Source: Selaginella moellendorffii (lineage: Eukaryota > Plantae > Lycopodiophyta). From it: 64,000 nucleotides of DNA. Shown here piece by piece: positions 37,263-49,857 of this stretch. Location: the NCBI RefSeq assembly GCF_000143415.4, contig NW_003314322.1:435430-499429 (forward strand), given 5' to 3'. The stretch's first letter is position 1. Every line of letters begins with the position of its first letter. The notes under the pieces are model-generated. The model saw nothing but the letters and a program-made list of their open reading frames with translations. It did not search any database and was not told the DNA's origin. A program made the position numbers and the translations under genes.

Positions 37263-39248
37263 ATGGAGGTGAAAGCGCTTGTGCTGGCATCCCTGCTAAG
37301 TTTTCTTCGTCTTGCTGCGGGACAGAGCTTTACACTGAACTCAGCATCCTTCAGTTCAGAGGAGCGTGGTTATTTAAGTTCAGGGGATGCCACTTACGAG
37401 CCGTCATGCGGCTGTGTGCACCTGACAACAAGCGAGTGGAATCAACAGCCTGTCAACTCTTCCGGCCGGATCGTCTACAGGCACCCCTTTGATTTTCGTG
37501 ACGACTCGCTGCGCGGCGTGGCCTCTTTCAACACCTCTTTCACTTTCCAGATCGTGCGAGTTTTCGAGGATGGCAACTCTGGGATTGGACCTGGGGCCGG
37601 AATGGCGTTTATGCTGGTTCCTGAAGCAAACATGAGGCTACCGAAGAACAGCTATGGGTTTTACATGGGGCTTTTGAACGAAACCATGCAAGGAAACAAC
37701 TCGACGCATATGCTAGCTGTGGAATTTGACGATGTGCTCAACACAGATGTTGGAGATCCCAGCGCCAGTCACGCAGGGGTAGATATCAACAGCGTCATCT
37801 CGGTCGCCACTGCCAACTTGACAGGAGAGTTCAACCTGACGGCAAACTATACGCTGACTGCTTGGATTGAATACGACGCTACGACGGACTGCCTGGAAGT
37901 TAGGATGGCAAGCAACAGTACGGAAAGGCCGCGCGAGTTCCTCCTCAGGACGAACTTCAGCTCCCGGGGCTGGAAACTGTCGGGTGTATTGAATCAAGAG
38001 CGGATGTACGTGGGGTTTTCGGCAGCAACGGGGCAGGATTGTTTCCAGTTTCACAGGCTGTATGCCTGGAATTTTACAATGTCCCGGGTGACGAAGTGCA
38101 ATGGCGTGGACTGTGCAGTGGTGAAGGTTCTGGTCGCGCTTTCGGTGGCTCTTGCTCTGGTCTTGATGGTGGCACTTGCCATGGTTGTCTTTCGACGTAC
38201 CAAAAAGATCGCCTACACCATTCACATGCCAGAGTCCGTTGGCATCACTCGGTTCTCATTCAAGGAGCTTCGGTCTGCCACCAGAGGATTCTCCAAAAAG
38301 CTGCTGCTGGGCCGCGGAGGTTTTGCCAGCGTCTACAAGGGCACTCTAAAGGATAGAACCGCGGTCGCGATCAAGTATTTGAACAGGGACAAGGCGGAAG
38401 CAGACTCGGAAAGCAGCATCGCACAGTTTGTCGCGGAGATACGAGTGATTGGTCAGCTCCGGCACCGGAATCTCGTGGGACTCAAGGGATTCTGCTTCGA
38501 GAGAGCAAAGTTTTGCCTCGTCTACGAGTACATGCCAAATACGAGCTTGGACAAGCACCTGTTTGATCCGAAGGGCAAGCTGGAGTGGCATCAGAGGCTG
38601 GCTATCTTGAGAGGTGTAGCGGAAGGTCTGGCATTTCTTCACGAAGGGTGGCAACAGCGCGTTCTCCATCGAGACGTCAAGGCAGCCAATGTTCTCCTAG
38701 ACGCATCTTTTGGTGCCAAGCTGGGGGACTTTGGCTTCTCCAAGCTGGTAGATCACGGAACGGGCAGCTGGTACATGACAGCAGTGGGAACAACGGGATA
38801 CATGGCACCGGAGCTCTACACGGGAAGAGCAACCGAAAGAAGCGACGTCTACAGTTTTGGGATCCTGGCTCTGGAAGTGGTGAGCGGCCGACGAGCTACG
38901 TCGCTGAGCAAAGACAAGAACGACGAGGACAGCGTGCTACTTGACTGGGTGCGGGAGTTGGCTTGCGATGGGCGGGACATGGAAGCCGTGGATGCCAGGC
39001 TCCATGAAGCAGCAGCAAGAGCGGAGGACATAGTTCGCGCAATTCGCCTGGGACTACACTGCTGTCAGCTGGAGCCGTATAAGCGGCCAACCATGCGGGC
39101 GTGCTGCCAACTTTTGCAGTCGAATGCTGCGTGCCTGGAAGCGCCTCCGATGCCAGCCATCGTTTCCAGCCCTTCCGTCAGAGGCTTGAGCCTCGACGGC
39201 AGCGGCGAAGGCTTCAACGTCGATGATGATGCAAATCACTCGTCATGA
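37263..39248 (+). CDS. L-type (legume) lectin receptor-like kinase, intronless
   Basis: Signal peptide MEVKALVLASLL; lectin ASFNTSFTF, LAVEFD, MYVGFSAATG; TM helix; kinase GRGGFASVYKG, HRDVKAAN, DFG, GYMAPE. Confidence 0.95.
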   Translation: MEVKALVLASLLSFLRLAAGQSFTLNSASFSSEERGYLSSGDATYEPSCGCVHLTTSEWNQQPVNSSGRIVYRHPFDFRDDSLRGVASFNTSFTFQIVRVFEDGNSGIGPGAGMAFMLVPEANMRLPKNSYGFYMGLLNETMQGNNSTHMLAVEFDDVLNTDVGDPSASHAGVDINSVISVATANLTGEFNLTANYTLTAWIEYDATTDCLEVRMASNSTERPREFLLRTNFSSRGWKLSGVLNQERMYVGFSAATGQDCFQFHRLYAWNFTMSRVTKCNGVDCAVVKVLVALSVALALVLMVALAMVVFRRTKKIAYTIHMPESVGITRFSFKELRSATRGFSKKLLLGRGGFASVYKGTLKDRTAVAIKYLNRDKAEADSESSIAQFVAEIRVIGQLRHRNLVGLKGFCFERAKFCLVYEYMPNTSLDKHLFDPKGKLEWHQRLAILRGVAEGLAFLHEGWQQRVLHRDVKAANVLLDASFGAKLGDFGFSKLVDHGTGSWYMTAVGTTGYMAPELYTGRATERSDVYSFGILALEVVSGRRATSLSKDKNDEDSVLLDWVRELACDGRDMEAVDARLHEAAARAEDIVRAIRLGLHCCQLEPYKRPTMRACCQLLQSNAACLEAPPMPAIVSSPSVRGLSLDGSGEGFNVDDDANHSS

Positions 39249-39378
39249 GCTGTTTAGATCTGAAGATGTGTTTTGGACGACGCCGTTGGGTGATGAACAG
39301 TGAGCATTTGTCGCGTTTGAGAGGCTTCTTCTTACCTTGCAAGGGGTTGTATTGCTCGCCGTAATCACAGGGACGGCT

Positions 39379-41312
39379 ATGGCCTCGCCATTGCAAGCCG
39401 CCAAGATGCCATGTCTGCTGTGGAGTAGCTGGACAACCTTGCATTCGCGCGCACAAGAGAAGCAGCAATGGCGTTCTTGGAGAAGCCAGAAGAGCTTTCG
39501 GCCCAAAGCGGTGGAGGTTAGCAACCGCTTGTCAGCCTCACTGATATCTCCTTGCCAAGGCCAGCCACTGTTTTGCTTGATAGCATCCTGTGCCGCGCTT
39601 GCTCAAGTAAGTCTAGTCTTGACTTTGCAAGAGGAGATGTTGTTGCATGGACAGGTATTGGAAGGACGAACAAAGTGGGGTGAGCATCTATCTTCGCCGG
39701 TGCTGTCAATGGCGTCTGGAATGCTTCTTTCGTCCCTTCAAGTCATTCCTACAGCCGCACCGGTCTACGAGAATGTAAGTTCTGGCTCTCTGTTTTTCTG
39801 CTAACATATTGCACGCAGGTACTGAAGATAGCGATGCCAATGGCGGTGGCACTCACTCTTTTGGAAACTGATGTGCAGCGGGCCTTCACAGATGCTGGTA
39901 AGAAGTCGCTACTTTTTTGTGTCTCGATCAATACCCCTAGGCTATCTAGTGGCATGGAAATGCGTTTGCAAGGTTCTACGCTCAAGGCCTTCTGGATCGG
40001 AGCCGCGGGAACGATACTTGGGACACTTGTGGCCTTTTGGATTGTTGGGAGGCATCTTGGACCTGATGGCTGGAAGGCTAGTATACCTGCAACTCCCGCT
40101 TGACTTTTCTAGAATTTCTCTTGTAGCAGATTGCGTCGTGTCTTTGTGCCAGTTATGTTGGTGGCAGCATCAACTATGCAGCCACTGCCCAGGTAAGGAA
40201 GTTGGTTTTTTTTTTTTTTCCTTTCTTTTTCTATCTTCTGACGATTTGGAAGACGAATATAAGGCGCTCGAGCTGAGCTCGGGGAGCACCCTTGCCGCTG
40301 GAATCGCTGCTGATAATCTTGCAATGGTTCTCTACTTCGGCATTATCATGTGGATACCCGCTGACACTCGGAGACCACCTCCACATATTACTCGAGGTTG
40401 GCTGAAATTCTTACTCTGTTTACGAAGACTGACTTGTATTACAGAGGAGGCTTCTGAACTTGACGCAAAACCAACAAGCGAAACAATCATCTTATCTCTT
40501 ACTGTCGCTGCTGCATCATGCACCATTGGCAACGCTCTCGCGGCACTTCTTCCCTCCACATTCGCAGGCAGGTCTCTTCAGCACGCTTGGATCACTCATC
40601 TAATTCTTGAAATGTTTCCAGGTTGTGGCTTGGCCATCATGGCGCTTGTGGCGTCTGCATTTTCAGCAGTTGCAGCGAGGGCGTGCCATTCCCATTCCCA
40701 TTCTCGTTCCGCAAGAGGCACCAGCGTAGCCGTGTTTGCGGGCTCTCAAGTCATTGGTGGCGCTCTCATGCTCCTCTTTTTCGCAGTGGTACGTACGATG
40801 CGCTTTTGTCTCCCGCGCGTCTAATCTTTCGAGAGCGTTTGCAGGTTGGTGCATCCTGCAGCATACGTGACGCCGTTTCAGCTGGCTGGCCTCTCTTCAC
40901 TTTTATCCTTCTTTTGCTCTTGGTAAGAGGCATGAAATCGAGCTCTCTCATCCCGTGACCCCGTGATTCGCAGACTCACCTGGGCTTTACACTCGGCCTT
41001 GGATCGCAGTGCAAGATCCCAATGCGCGCGGTACCTATACATAGGTTTCCTTTGGACGACGCTTCTAACTAGGATTGTCTTTCAGCTATTGGTTGCATCG
41101 AATGCTAATATAGGCGGCCCGGCAACCGCTGCGGCAATGGCGAACGCTCGTTGCTGGAAAGAACTGGTTGGTACACACACAATCAACATCTCTAAGCCTG
41201 TGAGTTGCAGGTTCGGCCTTCAATATTAGTGGGGACGCTGGGATACACGATTGGAACGGTCATTGGATGCGTGCTGGGAACAAGCACGCTGAGAACCATG
41301 ACCCCTTTGTAA
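39379..41312 (+). CDS. DUF819 (YjcL-like) multi-pass membrane protein, multi-exon
   Basis: AFWIGAAGTILGT; IASCLCASYVGGSINY; GIAADNL; LLFFAVVGAS; LVASNANIGGPATAAAMA; ILVGTLGYTIGT. Confidence 0.85.
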
Positions 41313-41680
41313 GTTTTTCTTTCCGACTTTGTACGATACGATGTCAGCATTGCGTCAGTTGCTTTGCACCTCGTGGCTGATCCAACACCAGGCGTTGTCT
41401 TGATTGTGCGGCCTTTTGAAAAAACAATAAAGAGCTCACACCTGTGCATGAGGATCAACCACAGGTTGGACGACAAAGCTTGATATTCATTCCCTTGTCC
41501 CGTTTTAGAGACTTGCCTAGAGCACTTGGGGACGACACTTTCGTTCTCCTTTTCTTCTTCTTTGTCGCCTTGTTCTTGTCAAACGCACCCGGGTCTCGCT
41601 TCTTCCTTCCGCCACAACATCCCCTTCGCTCGCTTCATCAGACACACTGTTAGAGTTTATATACTTCTCGGAAAAGCGCC

Positions 41681-43408
41681 ATGTTGTCGCAGCAAGGACG
41701 GTTGCATGGCTACCTGATGCTCGCCCAGCTCGCCTTTGCAGGGTTTGAGATTCTGTCGCGCATCGCACTCGCTACTGGCACGCATCCACTGGCTTTCACA
41801 TTTTATCGCAACTGCGTTGCATCACTGGTACTTGGAGCCGTAGCAGCCTGGACAGAGAGGTAAGATTCATCTTTGTTTGTGCTCATCCATGTCGATCCCG
41901 GGATATACAGCGAGCACAAGCGGCCACAGCTTGGGACGCTGCTCTACTTGTTTGGACTGGGATTCCTCGGGTGAGTCACGAAACCACGACACAGTGATAA
42001 GAATTAGAGTTCACCATTGGCCTTTCGTTTCCAGCGTCACCGTTAATCAAGTCTGCTACTTGGCAGGGCTCAAGTACACATCGGCCATCTTCGCCTCGGC
42101 CATGCGAAACTCGACTCCAGTCTTCACTTTCGTCATAGCCGCTCTGTGGAGGTGTGTGATACTGGTGTGTGATACTGATAGATCTATATTTTCTTCGTTT
42201 TGACACTAGGCTGGAGAAAGTTGATCTAAAGAGACGAGATGGACAGCTCAAAATTTTTGGGTCTTTGCTGGGACTGTGTGGCTCGCTTATTCTCTCCATC
42301 TATAGGGGACCCGTTGTCATCAAGAGCAATATCTCCATCTCTTCAACTGCAGGGACCACTGGGTCACATATCAAGGCCGACGCCAGGAAAACTCTTCGCT
42401 TGCTGGGGTTTAGCGTTTCCATGTTATCCTGGCAGATCGGAGCATTCTTCTTGACACTCGCTTGCATCGCCTTTGGAGGCTTTCTCATCCTCCAGGTATG
42501 AAATGCCACTCTTTATTTACACTACACTATCTCTAACGTTGTTTTATATGCTCTAGGCGCCAGTGCTGGACAGATATCCATCCCCAGTTTCGTTTGCAGC
42601 GTTTACATGCCTCTCAAGTGCGATCCAGACGCCATTACTGGGAGCTTTTTACAAGTGGAATAACTGGAAGATCACGTCCACTTCAGAAGCTCTAGCCATC
42701 CTGTATGCTGTAAGACACTTCTGATCAAGGCTTCTTTCACTTTCTGCTGATCAAGTATCAACTTTGGCGCAGGGAGTGATTGGTTCTGCTCTCGTGTCTT
42801 CGATCCAGTCATGGGGAGTCCTTACACAGGGACCGGTGATCGTTGCCGCGTACCAGCCACTGGAAACGATTTTCACAGCTCTCTTCAGCATGGTGTTCCT
42901 CAAGGAAGACCTGCAGCTGGGAAGGTACGTGTAATGTTATCACTTTCAAGAAGCAAAACTTGACCAGCGTGATCACCGCAGCATCATAGGGGGGAGCGTT
43001 GTCATCGTCGGCTTGTACGCACTGATTTGGGGGCAGAGCCAGGAGCAGCTCTTGGATGAAGCAGCAGCACATCAACTCCCGGAAACAGTGCTCGGCCTAA
43101 ACATCATTCCACAGTCACTCTTGAAGTATCCACTTCGTAGGTTCTCGTGCGACCTTGAGACGAGGAGAGACGAGCATCGAGCCGATGACGCACAAGCAGT
43201 TCATAGGAGGCATTCGCTCGCAGCTCTCACCAACGACAATGCAGGAGCCCAAGGACCTCTTCGCCGAATGTCGTCAACGTTTCGGAGCCTTCTAAGGGAA
43301 TTTGAAAGAGGTCCAAACCCGAACGATCTAGAGAATCAGCAGCTGCTACGTGAAACCACAGACTCAGCCTCAGTAGTAGATACACAAACTCAAAGAGTCA
43401 CCTTGTAA
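41681..43408 (+). CDS. WAT1/UMAMIT (MtN21/EamA-like) transporter, multi-exon
   Basis: LAQLAFAGFEILSR; FTFYRN; GLKYTSAIFASAM.N.TPVFTF; LEKVDLK; GPVIVAAYQPLET; IIGGSVVIVGLYALIWG. Confidence 0.92.
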
Positions 43409-43475
43409 CCTTGGTGTTGCATGCAAAGAAGTTCCATATATTACATAGACACACTTACAAAACTAGGCACTCGCT

Positions 43476-45926
43476 TCATCTGTAGAAAAGCATCCAGAAA
43501 CAAAGAGCGGCAACTAAGAGACTAGATGGCCTGGCTAGTGCGTATGCTGGAGATGGTGGTGGTGCTGCGACTTGAACGGTAGGAGGTGTGGGTATGGGAG
43601 TTAAGGCTGGGGCTGTTACTGACGAGGGAAGCTTCTTGGTGCAAGTAAAGTTGCACTTGGTGGGGTTGACAACTTTGAAGATGCCAGCCGAAGTGAGCAT
43701 GTACAGGTTTCTGCTGTTATCCTCGCCCCACGCAAACACAAACCCGATATCGGGAAGTGGACTGCCGCTCACATACTTACATGCCAGAGTCGAGCCGGAG
43801 CAGCTGAAGTTCAGTGATGCACTCGTGTAGTTTCCACTGCCCTCGGGAGTTTCAGTGATTCCCCAGATGTTTCCTCCGTATAAATCAGCATAGAGGTACC
43901 TGCGATACCAAAGAATGTGAACTCATCTTACATAAGAGGCCTAGTACCTGCCGTAGAGACACGGATCCTGCAACGATCTCGAAACGGAGCCACCGATGAT
44001 GGAGGCTGAGCCTTGCTCCTTGTTAACGCTGTCGTGGAGGTAAGTTGCAACGGGAAATATAGCTTGCAATGGATTAAGGCTCGTGTTTCCACCTGGTGAC
44101 CACGGGGCACTGTAGTTCGCTACTCCATCAAACGTCCTCCATCCGTAATTCCCTCCTTTGGTAACCAGGTTCACTTCTTCGTAGATGCTCTGCAACCGGC
44201 ACAGAAACGCTTGATAAGCTCGTTTGATAAGCTCAGCAGCCAAAGCAGAGACAGAAATGTACAGACCTGTCCAACGTCCGTGCAGTAGAAGTACTCGGGT
44301 TTTGCGCTGTCAAAACTGCACCGCCAGGGATTCCGAAGGCCCAAAGCCCATATCTCAGGACGTGAATCGTTCTGCCGAAGGAATGGATTAGTTTCCGGAA
44401 TGGAGTATTTTCCCCACAGTCCCAAGGTAGACACCTCCTGATCGGCTGCTCAGAAAGTTCAAGGTAAAAACGCGGCACCTCACGCTTAGAAAGAGAATCG
44501 ACTCACTTGGCGTTTTGTCAATGTCGAGGCGAAGGATCTTCCCAAGTAGAGACTTTTTGTTCTGAGCAAAGTTGAAAGGATCGCCTATGCCACCTCCGTC
44601 TCCCATCATGAAATACAGGTACTTGTCCTGAGGTCCAAAGAGCAGTAAACCGCCGTGGTGAGTTGTGTAAGGAAGGCCCATGGACAGTATCCTCCTAACT
44701 TCGTTCGGGTTCGCTTTCAGAGCCTGGATACTAACAAAGATGAGAAAAAAAGAAAGAAAAAACAACTCTTTCTACCTGCGAAGGTGATATGGTTGCATTG
44801 CCGGCTGAGAATTCAGAGATGACACTCGAGTACTGGCAAGGAAGCGTCCCGTCGGAAGAGCGAACTTGGGAAGGGTCACAACCAACATCAGCGTTGCATG
44901 TACAGCGCGCGCCACCACAACCGGCCCACTTCTGCTTGTCGCAGTTGTAAGACACAAAGAAGCGGCCGTTTTTCACAAACTCGGGATGGAAGGCCACGGA
45001 CATGAGGCCGAACTCTCTGTCAGATATGATGAAGTTGCTGATGTCGAGAAACGGAGCCGCCTTGTCGACTTTGATGCTAGTGTTGGAGCCTTCGTCCGGA
45101 AGAAGAACAAGATATATCTGTCCCGTTTGCATCGCAACAAAGGCCCTGTTGGATCCATCCGGATGAGGAACAAGACCAATGGAGTTGTCCTCCCCAACCT
45201 TGTCAAAGCATACACCTGCGGGAGGCACGTCGTTTTGCTCTACGGTAAAGTTGTACGTGCTCCCATCGAAGCAAAACTGCCCCACCTTTTGAGGCAATCC
45301 CAAAGCCTCACAAAAGCTGGTATTCGACTGCCACTGCTCGATAAGTGTCTCGTTTGCAGACGAGTTCTCCGACAGGCTCGAACCCGGTGGCAGCGTTCCC
45401 ACAAGGCTAGGAGAAAATGGCGAGCCCGGGATGGTGAGGTTCTTGCAAGCATCCCAAACATCGAAGCAGTATCCGCCTCCGCTGGAGGGCCCGGTGCTAG
45501 AGTTGCACAGCAGGGGGACGGATCGGAGTCTCCTTCCACCAAACAAGTCAGCAGCGAAGGAGTCGCATTTCTATCCATGGAAAGAGAGAGCTCAATTCAC
45601 GCAGTTGTTTGAAGAAGCCACGTACCGAGCAAAGCACTTGCTTGATGTAGTTCGCGCAAGTTGCATCGGAGATATTCATACCCGCAAACTGGGATCCAAT
45701 GGCCGAATCGTCCGATGCCGAGCAGCACCCAGTCCCCGAGTACTGGGAGCAAAATCTGAGCTGACCGACATCCCGCAATGGAGCCTCTGTGACGAGAGAA
45801 ACCCCTAAGAAAATTTCAAACTTGGTACCGCTCACCTTGGTTGAGGCAAAGGGGAAGGGCTGAAGCAGTGTGTAGCAGCAGCAGCAGCAGCAGCGGTAGC
45901 AACGAGGATAAGAGCAAAGCCGCCAT
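43476..45926 (-). CDS. HIPL1: HIPL1-like protein (Cys-rich domain + glucose/sorbosone dehydrogenase domain, signal peptide, GPI-like tail)
   Basis: Signal MAALLLSSLLPLLLLLL...LPLC; PHPDGSNRAF; GLMSVAFHPEF; HHGGLLLFGPQDKYLYFMMGDGG; EIWALGLRNPWRCSFD; GGNYGWR; hydrophobic C-terminus. Confidence 0.92.
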
Positions 45927-46189
45927 CTCCCCCGATCCTCCTCCCCCTCAATCCTCCTTTTAGAAGCAATCTGATTTCCTCCCAGAGTCAACTCTCACGC
46001 ATGGGACCCTACAGCCATAACTTTGTCCTGCTACTCACTTGACTCTTGCTTGCAGATGCGCAGTCGTGTTCCCCGTGTTGACTCGCAGCACCAAAGAACC
46101 GCCGCGTTGAATCTCTGAAACTTCTAAACAATGCGCTGGCTTGGTATTTATCTAATGTGAAGCACATTATCTCTCGGATAATGTACCGC

Positions 46190-46470
46190 CTACCATCGTG
46201 TAATCGTACTCAATTGTTGGAATGACCGACGCCACGAACAGACCAAGCAGGGAAAACATAAAAGGGGGTTCTGTGACAACAAAATCGCGATGATCTCTGG
46301 GGATGAAGCTTCCCAGCCATGTGTGGATGGTCCTCAATTGTAAATGTCCAAGAGAAGAATGACTTGTCCATCTAAAACTAAGACGACAATGTCATTTATT
46401 TATGGCGTGATAAACTTTGATCCTGAGCTCTTCTTCGAAGATGTCAGTCAACATCATGCCCGTCGCACGA
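46190..46470 (-). pseudogene. ATG3 3'-end remnant (deleted; one exon piece at ~46415-46468 inverted)
   Basis: 46193-46342 aligns with ATG3 62826-63067; DPELFFEDVSQHHAR is encoded on + at 46415-46468. Confidence 0.8.
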
Positions 46471-48488
46471 CGAGCTTTTCACTAATTCCTGTCATTCTGC
46501 TTCGTCCACTGCAACACTGTAGAGAGGGCTACGAGAGGTCAGCTTGTGTCTGCATCGAAGGGCAGCCGCACTGCTCGAGAGAAAGAGTGGAGGGTCGCCT
46601 TTCCAATCGATTTTAAATATCTCCAAGTTCTTGCTAGAAGTTGCAAGAACAAAAAGGAAGAAAAATACAAACATGACACTAAAAACATAAAGCAGAGCTG
46701 AAAAGGATACAGACCAAGTTGCCCCTACATACCAGATATCATACCTTACCTAGATGTCCGTTCGCCTACCTGTTCGCCTGCAGTTCTTCATCACGTCTTG
46801 CTTTCCCCAACAATCGCTTCCTATCAACTTCCGCTATCAACTTCTCAGGACTAAGTGGATCACATGCCTTCTCGAGCAGGGCAACGTCTCTGGCAGTAGC
46901 TTCATACCACTCTTGGGACAAAACCTCCGTGATCAGGGCACCGCCAAAGCCAACTAGCTTAACATGCAGCTTCCCAGCCTCGTCGACTTTGCTCACAACC
47001 TTGGACGTGTCGATGTCGCGGATGGCAATCCCACGCTTGTGGATCGCGCGCAAGCACTCCATCGCCTGCTTCAGAGTCTCCCCCTCGTCACTTAAGATGA
47101 ACTTCGAAGGATTGGAGCACTGCTCGAGCGCGCTGAAACCACCGTCGGTCATCATAACGAAGACGAACATCGCCCCCTTGAGGAACCCCCACGACAGAAG
47201 CTTGGGAACCGCAGAGCCCTGTACGTTCTCTAGCCTCGTGTAGCAGTCCACCTCCGTAGCAAGCGTGGCCAGACCGTGATTGATACCAGCCTTGTAATGG
47301 CTTGTCAAGTCCCTGATATTCACCACCACGTCTTGTCCAGCATACTTCGCTCGAACAGCAAACACCGTCTGGTTAGCGTTGCCATCGCGATGCAGCGGTA
47401 GCGTATCCACTTGCCTCCTTGAATCCATCGTCCGTGACTGCCTTGTCGACGATCTTGCGTATGTTGCTCAGCTTGCACAAGATCTCAAGGACGGGAGAGA
47501 AGTCGAGCTTGGGCAGCACGCTCCTCACGCCCGTCAGCGGTGGCAGTCCTTCCTTCCACCTCCACTGCGAGCGGATTGTTTGTTTTCAATCCTTTTTCTG
47601 GTGTGACCCTGCGTCCGCGAGCTCCACTGCGTCAGTGGCCTCTGCGACGCCATCGTGCCTCGCAATGCTCTTCTTGGCATCCTTGTATTCGTCCCTGAGC
47701 ATCGCCTTGGCACCCTCGTCCCCACCCCAATCCTTCTTCTGCGTTAACCCCTCACTCGCGTTCTCATACTTCTCTTTAATTCCTGTTTGGTCTCCTCCAC
47801 GCCCACGCGAGGATCCGGCGATTGCGACGAGACCAGGAGCTCATTCGCCGTAGCCCTCTTGCACAGCCACGACGAGTTGAGATTCGTGAGCACCCCAAAG
47901 CGAGCTCCAGTGATCTCCATGTAATTCACGAGCCTGTCTTGCACCAGGTCCAGCTTGTCGGGCAAGTTGAAGAAGTCGAGCAAGAAGGGAGTGGCGACGC
48001 CCCGGCGGAACAAGCATCCTTCCGGCCTCGCAATGGTGCCTGACTCGAAAGATCCAAAGATTTCCTCGTGTTTGTCGCGGAAAAGACCTACCATTTGCGA
48101 GAGGTAGTTCCAGTAATAGATCGTGAAGAACGAGTAGAGGGGGGGTCGATCGGGCAGCTGACCATACCAAGACTGGATGTCCGCTTCGATATCCCACCTC
48201 CCTACACTATAGCCGCCGCGATGCATCAAGTCGCCAAGCGGTGCTAGTAATCAACAACTTCTTGACAGGGTCGGGAACCTTGGGATACGGCATCGTCATG
48301 GCGTGCTTGAGAGGTACCAGGGGAAGCCACGCATGCAAGGTAAGCAGTGGATGCTCCTTTTTCTCTGCCGAGGTGTTGGAAACTAGCTTTGGCAAGCTTG
48401 AGCGCCTCTTGTTTTTGTAGCACCATGCCAGTTAGATTACAAAATATAAATAAAAGATGTAACACATTTAAGACATTTTATGAAACTG
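46193..48488 (-). repeat. Left arm of ~2.2-kb inverted duplication (partner 59521-61668)
   Basis: Near-identical reverse complement over the whole length apart from indels. Confidence 0.92.
46739..48365 (-). pseudogene. Pseudogene copy of the REase-like/kinase-like gene at 59665-61125
   Basis: Same peptides split over ORFs 48207-48395, 47744-48229 and 46766-47428; start codon deleted, frameshifts, 243-bp insertion 47581-47823, premature TAG at 46766. Confidence 0.88.
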
Positions 48489-49134
48489 TGAGTGTTTATT
48501 TTGAGTGGTTGGAATATGGAAAGGGAATATAGAAAATATATATCTTAATTAGCCTAAAAACCCTAATTTATATATAGGAGCATGCAATAACTACCAAAAT
48601 CCCATTATGTTAGTATTAGTATACGGCATCATAGCTGTACACTTGGCCTTTACATTATTCGGGATAATGGAAGACCATCAAAATTCTTTTGTAAATGGGT
48701 TGGGATATAGAGGAATGTCAGGAGGAGGCATTGACAGATCTGTAGGTGGTATTAATTGCTCATGATCCCTTTGTATGAAGCATTTCAATAGCTACATATA
48801 CATAATTTCTGGAGAATTGGCTTGCTGGACATCATGCTGAACCTCATAAACTTGTGGTCCAACTTACTGCAACACCGGATACAGTCCTTTCCACTGAACA
48901 ATAAACCCTTTAAATAAACCATGTATTATAAGATGGGGAAAACAAATTAACACCAAGTCATCCACTTTGTATTCTACAGGTGGATGATGATAAGAGTTGT
49001 AGTGCCATTGTTGTCCCACTTGTACATGGCCTAAGTGTTCGGCAGACTCCACTCGAACAAGTAGAAGAATGCTCGTCAAATACTGATCCCATGACTAGCA
49101 TCGGCAGCTCGTGGCAATTGCAAAGGTAAACCTA

Positions 49135-49757
49135 TGTCGCGAATGTGACTTCGGGTATCGAAAGATACTTGTCGGCCAATCCTTATGGACACTCTTTCCT
49201 TACTGCCATGACGGTAGAAGGTCGGTACAGTTGGTTCCCTTTATTGTTCCCACTTGAGCTAGTTGAGAAACTGGTCAATGACCGTGTACTTAAATCGGAT
49301 AAACATAAGGTATATGTGTTTGTTGCTGAACATATTCGGCCTGGTTTGAGAAACTCTTGTCATTGACTTGCACTTGCTAGTATCAAGAACCCTCGCATAT
49401 TGAGAATAGTCCCTCAATATTGCTGAATGATAGCTTACCGTGTCTACCAAACACCTCACTATCATGCCCTTAGTGTTGGTCTCATTTCGGTCCCAAATGC
49501 TAATTATGGAAAGTGTTTAAATTTGCTCATTTAGCATATCTACAGAATGTAGAAATTGGCCTGAACACAATAGTGTTCGTCCCGTGTCCAAATTCGCAAT
49601 CTAGCGCTATTCTATATTTAATAAGTTTTGAGCTTGTCATAGAGACTAACTCTTGATACTAAGGGAGGCTTGCGGTGAAAGCCCAAAGCATGTGTTCCTC
49701 AAGGGGGGGGGGGGGGGGGGGGGGCATGTTCCTAAAAGGGGTTCCCAAAATATATTA
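49135..49757 (-). mobile_element. Partial LTR (same family as 56981-58058, opposite orientation), cut by assembly gap
   Basis: Begins TGTCGCGAATGTGACTT, the reverse complement of 58042-58058; aligns with ~57480-58058. Confidence 0.8.
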
Positions 49758-49857
49758 NNNNNNNNNNNNNNNNNNNNNNNNNNNNNNNNNNNNNNNNNNN
49801 NNNNNNNNNNNNNNNNNNNNNNNNNNNNNNNNNNNNNNNNNNNNNNNNNNNNNNNNN
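49758..49857. other. Assembly gap (100 N)
   Basis: Run of N. Confidence 1.
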
